Assembly: GCA_951406725.2 (NCBI GenBank)
Contig: OX597817.1
Span: 17,546,001 to 17,610,000 of the forward strand
Direction of reading: 5' to 3'
Length of the DNA stretch: 64,000 nucleotides
Source of the DNA: Octopus vulgaris
Lineage: Eukaryota
Shown here: piece by piece, positions 52,774-64,000 of the stretch
Numbering within the stretch: position 1 is the stretch's first letter
Layout: each line of letters begins with the position of its first letter
Program-made: the position numbers and the translations under genes
Notes under the pieces: model-generated
What the model was told of the DNA's origin: nothing
Databases searched by the model: none
What the model saw: the letters and a program-made list of their open reading frames with translations, nothing else

Positions 52774-53133
52774 TATATATATATTACATATGTTTCTTTA
52801 ACTTTTCATCTACCAAATATACTCACAAGGCTTTGGTTGGCCCAGGCCTATAGTAGAAGACACTTGCCCAAGGTGCCACACATGGGAACAACCCACAACC
52901 ATGCGATTGGGAAGCAACCACAAGGTTCATACCACACAGCCATGCCTGTGCTTATACATAGCCAAGCCTAAACGTGTTTTTTTCTTCTTTTTTTTTTTAC
53001 AAATAATTATCTTCATTTTGGAGAATATAATTGTTTATAAAACAAAAACAAAAAAAGGAAGACACACACAAAAAAGGAAAAAAATATGATTAAAAATTGT
53101 CAAATTATTGAAAGTGAAAAAAGAAAAACTTAC

Positions 53134-53197
53134 TTTGGTAATGCACCACCTCAGCAAGTTGGTGAACCATATTAATTTCATTGGTTTCTAAAGTCAT
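53134..53197 (-). CDS. STK11IP: STK11IP-like coding exon 1 (MTLETNEINMVHQLAEVVHYQ); the exon extends to an AG acceptor at 53225-53226, so an upstream exon exists
   Basis: ATG at 53197 and GTAAG donor in phase 1, matching the next exon. Resembles the human N-terminus (LLWKLAGLLRES) by position. Confidence 0.75.
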
Positions 53198-53341
53198 CCT
53201 TTTTTCAACCACACAATCCGAATGCTGGGGGAAAAAAAATAATAAAATACAAGTGATAACCAATATGATACAAACAGCAACAATTCTAAGGATTTTGGGT
53301 AACAGCCTTGACTGCTGAGAAGCTAACTGAAGGAATGGAGC

Positions 53342-53375
<34 letters not shown>

Positions 53376-53889
53376 TTAACTGGTATCTTTGGGGTAAGAT
53401 GACCTTTGCTCATGCTTTTACCATTGTTTTGAGAAGTGAGCTGAATTTCAAACAATGGGAAAAGTATGTTAGGGAGCACTTTAGAAATATTTACTTTCTG
53501 TTTAGACTTCAATAGAAAAAAAAAATCTTTGGAGATACTAAGTTTACAAAACAGGTCTCCACTAAACAACATGTATAAGAAGAGAGCTTCTATAATAGCT
53601 ATGTGGAAATGTTCAGTACTACCAGAATGACTTTCAAGCACCACATTCTACTAACTCCAAAACTTGATATTAACATATAGGGGACCTAGGATGCTACACT
53701 TTAACAGGGGCCTGGCAGCTATTACTAGAACTTAGATCAAGCACTGAAATTTTTTCAATAAAACCATGGATATTTTACCTCTGCCTATTCTGCGAGGGTA
53801 AAAATAAAACTAAATTGTGAACACAATGCCTCAATAACTGAGGTTATCTTATCTATATCAGCTATAAGTACCAACATCTAAATAAATAA

Positions 53890-54075
53890 ATGTATGTATG
53901 TATGTATGTATGTATGTATGTATGTATGTATGTATGTATGTATGTATGTATGTATGTATGTGTGTGTGTGTGTGTGTATGTGTGTGTGTATGTATGTATG
54001 TATGTATGTATGTATGTGTGTGTGTGTATGCATGTGTGTATGTATGCGTGTGTGTGTGTGTGTGTATGTATGTAT
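53890..54075. repeat. Compound (TATG)n/(TG)n microsatellite
   Basis: Seen directly. Confidence 0.95.
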
Positions 54076-54533
54076 AGATAGATACACATAGAGGACACAT
54101 GTACTAAGCATTCACACACATACATACATATACTCGCATGACCATGCATGCAAACACACACATGCACACGCACGCGCGCGTGCACACACACACACACACA
54201 CACACATGCTCATGCATACACACAAACACACAACTGTCACTCCTAAATTGTCACTCAACATATACTTCAAACAATTTTAATCTAATATCTATATTATTGC
54301 ATGCTCTCATAATTGAACGAAATTCAAGATTTCCTGGAAAAAGGGAGTGAAACACAATTCAACAGAAACTCCATCTTGTCCTTCTCGCAACCACCACCAC
54401 AGCAGAACATTCAGGACACAACTGCTAGAAAGAGTTAGACCAGCACCATCACTAGGATAAGCTGAATTCATAGTGTAGAGCCAAAATAAATGTCACAATG
54501 CATTCAATGCAATATATATAATATATATATATA

Positions 54534-54870
54534 ATCATCATCGTTTAACGTCCACTTTCCATGCTAGCATGGGTTGGACGGTTCAACTGGGGTCTGTGAA
54601 GCCCGAAGGCTGCACCAGGCCAGTCAGATCTGGCAGAGTTTCTACAGCTGGATGCCCTTCCTAACGCCAACCACTCCATGAGTGTGGTGGGTGCTTTTTA
54701 TGTGCCACCGACATGGGTGCCAGACGAGGCTGGCGAACGGCCACGCTCGGATGGTGTTTTTTTGTGCCACAGACACAGGTGCCAGACAAGGCTGGCGAAC
54801 GGCCACGCTTGGATGGTGTTTTTTACGTGCCACCGCCACGGAGGCCAGGGGTACGTAAAAAACGAACCAC
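54534..54870 (-). mobile_element. RTE 3' UTR fragment, family D
   Basis: Family terminus and tandem units. Confidence 0.85.
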
Positions 54871-55108
54871 TGGATATATATATATATATATATTGTAAAG
54901 TTCACAGATTAGATCCAGAGATTGTCCATATGGAAGACAATACAAAAAACATTCAAACTTAGACTCCAATGTCATTACAGGATAAAAAATAAAGGCTATA
55001 AGAGTAATCAAGTTGAGTTGGTATAAGGGCAATTATGCAGATAAACAAATTAGCTACATCAAACATTAAATTTATTTGATGTATCTAATTTGTTTATCTA
55101 TATAATTG

Positions 55109-55246
<138 letters not shown>

Positions 55247-55261
55247 GATATAGGATCAGAA

Positions 55262-55627
55262 TGGAAATTGCAGATGTGTTACCAGTGCCGGTGGCATATA
55301 AGAGAACCTTCCGTTTCGCGACCGTTGCCAGCACCGCCCCGTTTCGTGTCCGTTGCCAGCCTCGCCTGGCCCTTGTGCCGGTGGCACATAAAAAGCACCA
55401 TCCGTTCGTGGCCGTTTGCCAGCTCTGTCTGGCACCTGTGCGGGTGGCACGTAAAAAGCACCCACTACACTCTCGGAGTGGTTGGCGTTAGGAAGGGCAT
55501 CCAGCCGTAGAAACACTGCCAGATTTGACTGGGCCTGATGAAGCCTTCTGGCTTCACAGACCCCAGTAGAACCGTCCAACCCATGCTAGCATGGAAAGCG
55601 GACGCTAAACGACGATGATGATGATGA
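55262..55627 (+). mobile_element. RTE 3' UTR fragment, family D
   Basis: Inverted relative to the 54534 copy. Confidence 0.85.
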
Positions 55628-55775
55628 TAGGATAAAATATTTATCAATGGCCAGCATATCAAAAAATGCCTTTAAAGGTAAAATTTATACATACGCTGAA
55701 ACAAAAAATTTGTCGATAACCATTAAATTTATGTGTCTCGAAACAAACCAATAGAAATTTCTAAAAATTCGTTAT

Positions 55776-55833
55776 TACCGTATTGGTCCAATTTCGGGTT
55801 AATTCACAAGAAATTTTCCCCTCTTCAGTGGCA
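55776..55833 (-). ncRNA. Type I hammerhead ribozyme motif
   Basis: TGCCA-CTGAAGA-GGGG...CCC-GAAA-TTGG-A-CCAA-TA-CGGTA. Intact CUGANGA/GAAA/UH core with all three stems present. Confidence 0.75.
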
Positions 55834-55904
55834 CATATGCGAGATATAAATGAAATACTTATTCATATGAATAAGTGAATAAGTATTTCATTTATATCTC
55901 GCGT

Positions 55905-55961
55905 ATGTACTGAAGAGGGAAAATTTCTTGTGAATTAACCCGAAATTGGACCAATACGGTA
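55905..55961 (+). ncRNA. Type I hammerhead ribozyme motif, stem I damaged by a 3-nt deletion
   Basis: CTGAAGA at 55910-55916, GAAA at 55942-55945, stem III ATTGG/CCAAT, H17 = A55956. Confidence 0.65.
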
Positions 55962-56081
55962 ATAACGAATTTTTAGAAATTTCTATTGGTTTGTTTCGAG
56001 ACACATAAATTTAATGGTTATCGACAAATTTTTTGTTTCGGCGTATCTGGCATTAGAATTTTTCTTCTGCCCTTATCTTGT

Positions 56082-56137
<56 letters not shown>

Positions 56138-56219
56138 AAGCAAAACGCCCCCATTCAATGGAGTTGTCAAACATTTAAACCAAATTTAATCAGTGTTTTC
56201 TTTCCATTAAAAAAATAAT

Positions 56220-57329
56220 GGGCCACTCCAAAGCTGATTTTCTTGTGAGCAAACCAAGCTTTAGTGCTTTTTGACACATGATTGGGGTCGTTATCTTGTT
56301 GAAACTTGAAATTGCGACCCAAGCGCAGAGCTCTAGCAGACTTCAGCAGGTTTGCCTCCAATATTTCTTGGTACTTGACACTGTCCATGATACCTCGGAT
56401 GGTTACCAACTCTCCAGGCCCTACAGCTGAAAAACAGCCCCAAAGCATGATTGAGCCACTGCTGTGCTTTACAGAGGGGACGGTGTAACGAGGTTGGTGA
56501 GCAGTGCCTTTTCCGCCAAACGTAGCGTTTCGTATTTTTTCCAAATAACTCAACTTTGGTCTCATCTGACCACAAAATCTTTCGCCACATGGTCATGGAA
56601 TCATTAATGTGACTTTTGGCAAAGTTTAGCCTGGCTTCCAGTGTTGCGTTAGGGTTGGAGATTACCTCCCAGACCAGTTTTCACTTTGCTCTTCTGGTAA
56701 GTTTGCTCAGTCTCCCAGATCTTGGTAGGGTAGCAGTGGTTTTGTGCACTAACCACTTCTTAACTACAGTTTTAACAATGCTCAGGGGCAATTCTAAAGT
56801 TTTTGCAATCTTTTTATAGCCATTGTTTTCATTGTACTTTTGAATAATAAGGTTTTTAACTTCCTGAGACAGAGGCTTGACAATTTTCTTTCCTGAGTTG
56901 GACCCCTTGTGTTTACAGTCAGAGTCCAAAGACCAACATACCAAAAGAACCATGTAGTGAATGACTTTGTAGGTAGTTAAATCACCTTATATAGCAAAAT
57001 AATAGACCGGCCAAGTTTGTTTGTTATGGTAGAACGCACATGTCACTTTTGATTGTTTTGGATTGTATACATCAATGACAAACTACCTGATAACACAGTA
57101 TAATATCTGGTGTGGGGGTGGGTGTAGACTTTTGCAAAGACATTTTTCTAAGTTATATGATTTTAAGAATCAGTGTGAAATTTTTTAGATGTAATTTTTA
57201 TATCAAAGGAAAGTGTGATGGATCTGCTTATTATTTAACAATCATTGGAATTGAAAAAAATGTGTTGTTCCCTGTTAAATTATACAAAATATATAAATTT
57301 TCAAAGGGGGTCTAGACTTTTGCAAGCCA

Positions 57330-57332
<3 letters not shown>
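56220..57332 (-). mobile_element. Decayed Tc1-family transposon (IR/DR type), 3'-truncated
   Basis: HTH GYKKIAKTLELPLSIVKTVVKKW, then LPRSGR, WSDETK, MLWGCF, FQQDNDP and LEWP. TIR starts CAGTGGCTTGCAAAAGT beside (TA)n. Frameshifts and an internal deletion are present. Confidence 0.92.
56985..56995 (-). promoter_or_regulatory. Candidate TATA box of the Tc1 transposase
   Basis: GCTATATAAGG lies between the inner DR and the transposase 5' end. Confidence 0.4.
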
Positions 57333-57384
<52 letters not shown>

Positions 57385-57387
<3 letters not shown>

Positions 57388-57603
57388 CAATAACAAATCT
57401 CTGAATGTGGTATAAACAGTAGCTGCACGACAATGTGAAGTATATTTGCCATTTAAATGTGGCTAACCGCTAAAGGTGGATGTTACTGTAGCTTGTAGCC
57501 CCAGCAGAACATCTTCTCCAGCTGGCTATTGACATACTTTCTGTGCCCTATCAGCATTTGCAAAGGGACCCATCCTTCTCATCGTCGACCTGGCGACCCG
57601 GGT

Positions 57604-57655
<52 letters not shown>

Positions 57656-58860
57656 CATATATATATACGTGAAGTATATTTGCCACTAAAATGTGGCTAA
57701 CCACTAAGGGTGGATGCTACTGTAGCTTGTAGCCCCAGCAGAACATCTTATCCAGCTGGCTATTGACACACTTTCTGTGCCCTATCAGTATTTGCAAAGG
57801 GAACCCATCCTTCCTATTGTCGACCTGACGTGATATGCACAGACTCGAGTTTCTGGGTCGTCAGCACACGACAATCACCGGTCTTCGATGCGAAGGGGTC
57901 CCAATACAAATACATATATCCTTTTTCCAGTGACGAAAAGTGGGCTTCGTCCTTTCTCACCTTGTGGTCTCTCTAGATTCTTTGTTCTGTCTTGTGTTAC
58001 CTTTTGTTTCAATTTACTGTTGTTGTCTCTTTCCTCTTCATATGTCTTCATCTTCGGCTTTGGCTTCTCTTGGCCAGCTTAGACACTCTTCTTGGGCTCA
58101 CAGTTGTCCCCTTTGACTTGTCTCTTCCCTACTCTGTTTTGGTCCTTCTCTGGGCCCATGCTGTCCTTGTTTTTGTTTTCCTTTTCCTCATTGCCATTCT
58201 CCTTTTCTTGTCTTGCTTCCACTTAAACTATTTTGTTTAATATTTCGATGTGTGGAAGTATGAGCTTGTAAAATAGGAGGGACTCGGTCTTTTCCCATTC
58301 AATTTGTGCTATTGTTTGACGGAAGCCAAAACTCTCCAGGGTGTCTGCAATGAGAGTATTAGGTGGCGCCCCTTCAGCTACTTTCCATGCCAAGAGCATT
58401 GTTCTGACCGCTTCCTGATGCCAGCGTCTCTGGGATTCGAAGCGGTCACTAACACTAACGTAGCTCATTGTATGAAGATCCATCTTCAGAAGGGAGGGGA
58501 AGAAGGGGAAGAAGATAGAGAGGGAGAAAGAAGCAGATAGGCAGTGATAGAGGGTGAGGGAGGGAGAAGGGAGTAAGGAAACAAGAAAGAGAGAGGAGTG
58601 AGCAGGAGAGAGGAAATAAATAGATAGGGAGAAAGGAGACAGAGAAAAATGGGGGGAGATAGGAAGGGGGAGTAGGCGTGAATGCTATATCAGGACGTGG
58701 ATAAGTGAGGAGATGGAGAGAGAGTGTAGGGGAGGATAGAGAGAAAGAGAGAGAGAAAAGAGAGAGGAAAGAGAATAGAGAAGAGAGAGGGTGAGGGAGA
58801 AGTCAATGTGGGAACGTGGATAGGTGAGGAGAGTAAAGAGAGAGTAGTTTCAGTGAGGGA
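57385..58860 (-). mobile_element. Unclassified retroelement-like repeat with a purine-tract leader, a decayed ORF and a duplicated 3' end
   Basis: A block of about 170 bp occurs at about 57435-57608 and about 57668-57855. A broken ORF runs from 58483 with a K/E-rich part. Confidence 0.5.
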
Positions 58861-58901
58861 GATTAATATTTGTTTCCAGCGATAAAACTTTAATAGAGGG
58901 A

Positions 58902-59365
58902 ATCATCATCATCATCATCATCATTTAACGTCCGCTTTCCATGCTAGCATGGGTTGGACGGTTCAACTGGGGTCTGGGGAGCCCGAAAGCTGCACCAGTC
59001 CAGTCAGATCTGGCAGTGTTTCTACAGCTGGATGCCCTTCCTAACGCCAACCACTCCGAGAGTGTAGTGGGTGATTTTATGTGCCACCGACACAGGTGCC
59101 AGACGAGGCTGGCAAACGGCCACGCTCGGATGGTGTTTTTTATGTGCCACCGACACAGGTGCCAGACGAGGCTGGCAGACGGCCATGCTCGGATGGTGTT
59201 TTTATGTGCCACCGACACAGGTGCCAGATGAGGCTGGCAAACGGCCATGATCGGATGGTGTTTGTTACGTGCCCACAGCACGGAGGCCAGTCGATGCGGT
59301 ACTGGCTACGGCCACGTTCGGATGGTTTTCTTGTGTGCCACGTGCCACCGGCACTGGTACCACAA
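58902..59365 (-). mobile_element. RTE 3' UTR fragment, family D, with 4-5 tandem 62-63 bp units
   Basis: GTGCC unit starts at 59081, 59144, 59206 and 59269. Confidence 0.88.
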
Positions 59366-59424
59366 AGATACAAATTCCATCGATGTTCATCTATTTTGGG
59401 AGATAGATATATCAGACACGTGTT

Positions 59425-59680
59425 GATAAAAGTCGAAGAGAAATTAGAAGCCTTTCGCTACTTTCGGGATGTTGGTTGAGGCGATTTGCAACCTTCATCT
59501 GTCGTTTCATGAGGATCTTCCTCTCCCTTGGAATCTTGTTCCTATTTGTTTTGGCCTTGTGCTCCGAGACACATTTCTGGCATATGGCTTGCACAACAGA
59601 CGTGAAATGTTGTAGTTTCATGCCAATGTCTGGTGTGGAGACATTTCGGCCAGTCCTGTCTGAGAAGATTTTCTCCAAAA
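59425..59680 (-). mobile_element. LINE ORF2 linker fragment (CR1/L2-like)
   Basis: ICQKCVSEHKAKTNRNKIPRERKILMK resembles the endonuclease-to-RT tether. Confidence 0.45.
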
Positions 59681-60096
59681 GGGAAGCACAGTAGCATTTA
59701 GCATATTTACATTTAAATCTACCAGAACATGTAAAGAATTAATATGCACATCAATGATTAGTAAACAGCTTGTCAAAACATATGCAATGTATGTATTCAC
59801 ATATGCTTATGGAAAGCTGAAATTAGTGAACTAAATAGCATATTTTTATACATAGGCACATGTGTATGATGGCCATCCATATATATGAATTAACAGAAGC
59901 AACGGTCTCACATATTATCACACATACACACAGACATGTCAGATTACATGATCTCTGTCCTCCACAGCAGAAGTGTTAATGCCACTCCCTCTGCTAAAGA
60001 GAAATTTGCTTGCAAGAGCCCTGTGCCAGTGCCATGTAAAAAGCACCCATACTGGTCCCAAGTGAACGGTACCTGTGCCAGCACAGGTACAGGGAA

Positions 60097-60329
60097 AAGG
60101 CGGTGAGCTGGCAGAAACGTTAGCGCACCGGGTGAAATGCTTAGCGCTATTTCATCTGCCGCTATGTTCTGAGTTCAAAATCCGCCGAGGTCAACTTTGC
60201 CTTTCATCCTTTCGGGGTCGATTAAATAAGTACCAGTTACGCACTGGGGTTGATGTAATCGAGTTCATCCCTTTGTCTGTCCTTGTTTGTCCCCTCTGTG
60301 TTTAGCCCCTTGTGGGTAGTAAAGAAATA
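60097..60329 (+). mobile_element. SINE family B inserted into an RTE UTR relic
   Basis: TSD GGTACCTGTGCCAGCAC. Confidence 0.88.
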
Positions 60330-60846
60330 GGTACCTGTGCCAGCACCACAAAAAGGCACCCAGTACACTTTGTAAAGTGGTTGGCATTAAAAAAGGCATC
60401 CAGCTTCAGAAACCAAACTAGATCAGATTGGAACTTGATGCAGCCCTGCTCAAACTGTCCAGCCCATACCAGCATGGAAAATGGATGTTAAAGGATGATG
60501 ATCATCATCAGGATAGACATCTACGTGCAATGCACACATACATGTCCTAGCATGTGAAAGCATACACATAGCCATGACCATCCCTGTATTCACAAAGAAA
60601 TATATTATATGTTCCAATAAAAACATTCCATAACTATACACACTTGCAATCTCACACAAGTAAAACTGTATCAGAAAAACATGAATACAACCCAGCACAT
60701 ATGAACATACACAAATGCAGGTGGAGATAGGTGGGATTTGAGGAAAAAGGAAATGTTTACTCAAACTAAAGGGGAAATATTCTGAGGGCAAGATAATGCA
60801 AAGTACCTTTTTTTCCTTGAGAATGCCCTACACGTACAGAAATACC

Positions 60847-61079
60847 TATTTCTTTATTACCTACAAGGGGCTAAACACAGAGCGGACAAACAAGGACAGA
60901 CATAGGTATTAAGTTGATTACATCGACCCCAGTGTGTAACTGGTACTTAATTTATCGACCCCGAAAGGATGAAAGGCAGAGTCGACCTCGGTGGAATTTG
61001 AACTCAGAACATAGCGGCAGACGAAATACCACTAAGCATTTCGCCCGGCGTGCTAACGTTTCTGCCAGCTCGCCGCCTT
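60847..61079 (-). mobile_element. SINE family B
   Basis: TSD GTACAGAAATACC. Confidence 0.9.
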
Positions 61080-61203
61080 GTACAGAAATACCAAATGCCA
61101 AGAGGTAGTTAATGGAGTAGTTAGATGTGCTGACAGCACTCAGGTTTTGGTTATTCCTCTTCTACCACCCGCCTCTTTGGTCAAGATTTCAAATTTCTAT
61201 AAT

Positions 61204-61535
61204 AAAGGGTAAAGACTCCCTTCAATCATGAATGACCATGGGGTTGTATCTAGAAAGTTCCCCTCAAAGACACAAGTCCAAGCAAAGTTGTTCGTGGAAG
61301 ACCCGCAGTCACCCATGCATGCCAGCCTTCACTCTCCATATCACTGATGTTATCCAAGAGAAAGGCAAAGGCTGATACAGCTTGGCACTAGTGATGTCAC
61401 AACTCATTTCTACAGCTGAGTGAACTGGAGCAGCATGAAATAAAGTATCTTGCTCAAGAACACAACACACAGCCCAGTCCAGGAATTGAACTCGCTACAT
61501 CATGATCGTGAGCCCAACACTCTAACTACTGAGCC
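61204..61535 (-). mobile_element. SINE family C
   Basis: Reverse complement of the 9203 and 45292 family. Confidence 0.8.
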
Positions 61536-62499
61536 TGTACCAAAATTTGTAGTGGCTTAGCCTCCATGCAGAGAACTCTGATATAGCAGACCTATGATAA
61601 AAGTTGTTCTGGCTATGACCATATTGTCATTATTGTTAGATAACATGTAGCTAAGCCTGACTTTCGATTCATTGTAGGATATGATATGGCTGCTATTTCT
61701 AGCAAGTTCAGAGGTGGCCTCATTGGTCTGTGTATGTAAGATACTTGACAATTACGAACAACAACAAGCCATGTGGATGAGGGGTTTACACCATCATATT
61801 TATTTGTGATGTGTATGATAACGTACACACAGTTGATTATGGTTCAAATTGATATGTGGTGGAGAGAGATCCCAATTTGAGAAGAGAACTTCTCTGTACT
61901 AGGTCCATATTAAATACATCTGCCTCACACCATCACAAAAATCTCCGTAAAATATAATACTGGAACAAAATGTGTTGATAGTACAGACCTTCCCCAACCA
62001 AGATCAGATGGGAAAACGTAAACATCTAACTGATAAAGATAGTGGGTGTATGTGTGAGTGGGTGAGCACGTGCATGAACAAGTGATGTAGGTGTTGGTAA
62101 GATTATATCAAGACAAATCTCATGATCTAATTTTAATTGTACTCAAGTCATTATCATTTAGTTCAATTAAATATGACACTCTTGGGAATCTATGTAGGCA
62201 AACGTCATAGTTCAATAACCAGGTATTGTTAGATTGCTGCGAAGAAAAGCGATTTCAATTATTTCAGACAAATGATTTTAGCAAATATCAAGGACTGTGT
62301 AGCTGAACAAAACAGTAAAAACAGTAAATGCCATAGAGAATTTGGTTTGATCCCTCTCAATCCTCACTCTGTCATAGAGGTCCCTCTAAAGTTGTTTAGT
62401 CCCAGCTCAACCCTAATCAAACAGACCTACAATTGAAAGCTTTTCAGTCATAAACATCCCTTCTTTTTTTTCAAACATTTTTTTCTAAATAATATTTAG

Positions 62500-63459
62500 A
62501 TAATGATGCTTTAGATACAAATAATTACAGAGGTATCAAGTTGTTGGATCAGGTAATGAAGGTCACAGAGAGGGTCATAGCCCTACTAATTAGCGAGAGA
62601 GTCAGTTTAGATGAGATGCAGTTTGGGTTCATGCCAGGGAAAAGCACCACTGATGCTATATTTCTGGTAAGACAGCTGCAGAAGAAATACCTAGCTGAAG
62701 ATAAACCCCTGTACCTGGCTTTCGTTGACATGGGGAAAGCCTTTGACAGGGTCCCCCCCCCCGATCCCTTATCTGATGGTCAATGAGGAAACTAGGGATA
62801 GATGAATGGTTAGTGAGAGCTGTGCAAGCCATGCACAGGGACACTGTCAGTAAGGTGAGGGTTGGCAACGAGTTCAGTGAAGAATTCCAGGTAGAGGTAG
62901 CAGTCCACCAAGGTTCAGTCCTCAGCCCTCTCCTATTTATTATAGTCCTCCAGGCAATAACAGAGGAATTCAAGACAAGACGCTCCTGGGAGCTCCTTTA
63001 TGCTGACGACCTTGCTCTGATTGCTGAGTCACTAACAGAACCAGAGGAGAAGTTTCAGGTGTGGAAACAAGGATTAGAATTGAAGGGCCTTAGAGTCAAC
63101 CAAAACCAAAGTATTAATAAGTAGGAAGGCAGGCAAACCACAAATCCCTGCAGGTGGATGGCCCTGCTCAATCTGTAGAAAAGGCATAGATAGAAACTCT
63201 ATAAGATGTACCCAGTGTAAGCTATGGACACATAAGAGGTGTAGCAATATCAAAGGAAGGCTAACTGGGAAGATAGCTTTTGTAAAAGCACCCACTACAC
63301 TCTTGGAGTGGTTGGCGTTAGGAAGGGCATCATCCAGCTGTAGAAACTCTGCCAGATCAGATTGGAGTCTGGTGCAGCCATCTGGTTTGCCAGTCCTCAG
63401 TCAAATCGTCCAACCCATGCTAGCATGGAAAGCGGTCGTTAAACGATGATGATGATGAT
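62500..63459 (+). mobile_element. RTE LINE fragment: RT core plus Cys/His finger, fused by deletion to the family D 3' UTR
   Basis: NYRGIKLL, QFGFMPGKSTTDAIF, FVDMGKAFDRV, HQGSVLSPLLF and LLYADDL. Frameshifts at about 62760 and 63105. (GAT)n tail. Confidence 0.95.
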
Positions 63460-63784
63460 GTACTACATTATTTGGGATCACATTATCTGCTGGGGTTTCT
63501 TTTTCTTTACAAAGTAAGGCAAGTAGAGGTTTCCTCATTGCTAATATAGATAATGAATATAATTGACAGTTACTCCATTCCTTTTAACAACTGGCCTTAA
63601 CCAAATTAAGAAATCACCAATACAAAAATCTGCAAAATAGAAACAGTACTGTACTGTATATTTTTTTTTTATTTTTATAATTTGTATATGGTGCTCTTAG
63701 CATTCCACTAGCACGGATGCCAGTCATTGAATTTGATTTCAATTTTGATTTCACTTGCCTCAACGAGTCTTCACAAGTCTTATA

Positions 63785-64000
63785 TAGGCGCAGGAGTGGC
63801 TGTGTGGTAAGTAGCTTGTTTACCAACCACATGGTTCCGGGTTCAGTCCCACTGTGTGACACCTTGGGCAAGTGTCTTCTACTATAGCCTCGGGCCGACC
63901 AAAGCCTTGTGAGTGGATTTGGTAGATGGAAACTGCAAGAAGCCCATCGTATATATGTATATATATATATAGGTGTGCGTGTGTTTGTGTGTCTGTGTTT
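63785..64000 (+). mobile_element. SINE family A, cut by the window edge
   Basis: Family A head. Confidence 0.85.

Larger units (their letters stand above)
55691..56046. mobile_element. 356-bp near-perfect palindromic element carrying two hammerhead motifs
   Basis: Arms at 55691-55865 and 55876-56046 are reverse complements with few differences. Confidence 0.9.

Noticed and set aside
53858-54350. HT/YVCM-repeat ORFs
   Set aside because: Microsatellite translations.
55694-56043. Plain Tc1/mariner MITE call for the large palindrome (TA flanks)
   Set aside because: TA on both sides follows from the palindrome itself, and the hammerhead cores favour a PLE-type origin. Not fully excluded.
58902-59365. 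CRISPR-like regularly spaced palindromic repeats
   Set aside because: Whole 62-bp units repeat with no unique spacers. There are no cas genes and the context is a eukaryotic LINE UTR.

Overview
AT-rich, repeat-dense animal DNA. The SINE and RTE repertoire points to an octopus-like cephalopod, which is inference from repeat style. The window is dominated by one minus-strand, large-intron gene recognisable as STK11IP (LKB1-interacting LRR protein). I could chain 14 GT-AG exons in frame from ATG 53197 down to 8984 (about 667 codons). A doubtful 15th exon at about 5.7-5.9 kb looks frameshifted, and I found no trace of the C-terminal third of the human protein. The introns hold three tRNA-headed SINE families and about 20 (GAT)n-tailed repeats that turn out to be the 3' UTR of an RTE LINE. 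They also hold RTE, BovB-like, CR1 and Penelope fragments, a decayed IR/DR Tc1 transposon, Helitrons, and piggyBac, mariner and hAT MITEs. The most striking unannotated structure is a set of long palindromes carrying back-to-back, outward-facing type I hammerhead ribozyme motifs. The best example is 55691-56046, with a decayed unrelated example at 31231-31404 and weaker candidates at 22.8 and 57.85 kb. Almost all ORFs in the supplied track are repeat or microsatellite artefacts. All similarity calls are from memory, not database searches, and repeat boundaries are approximate.
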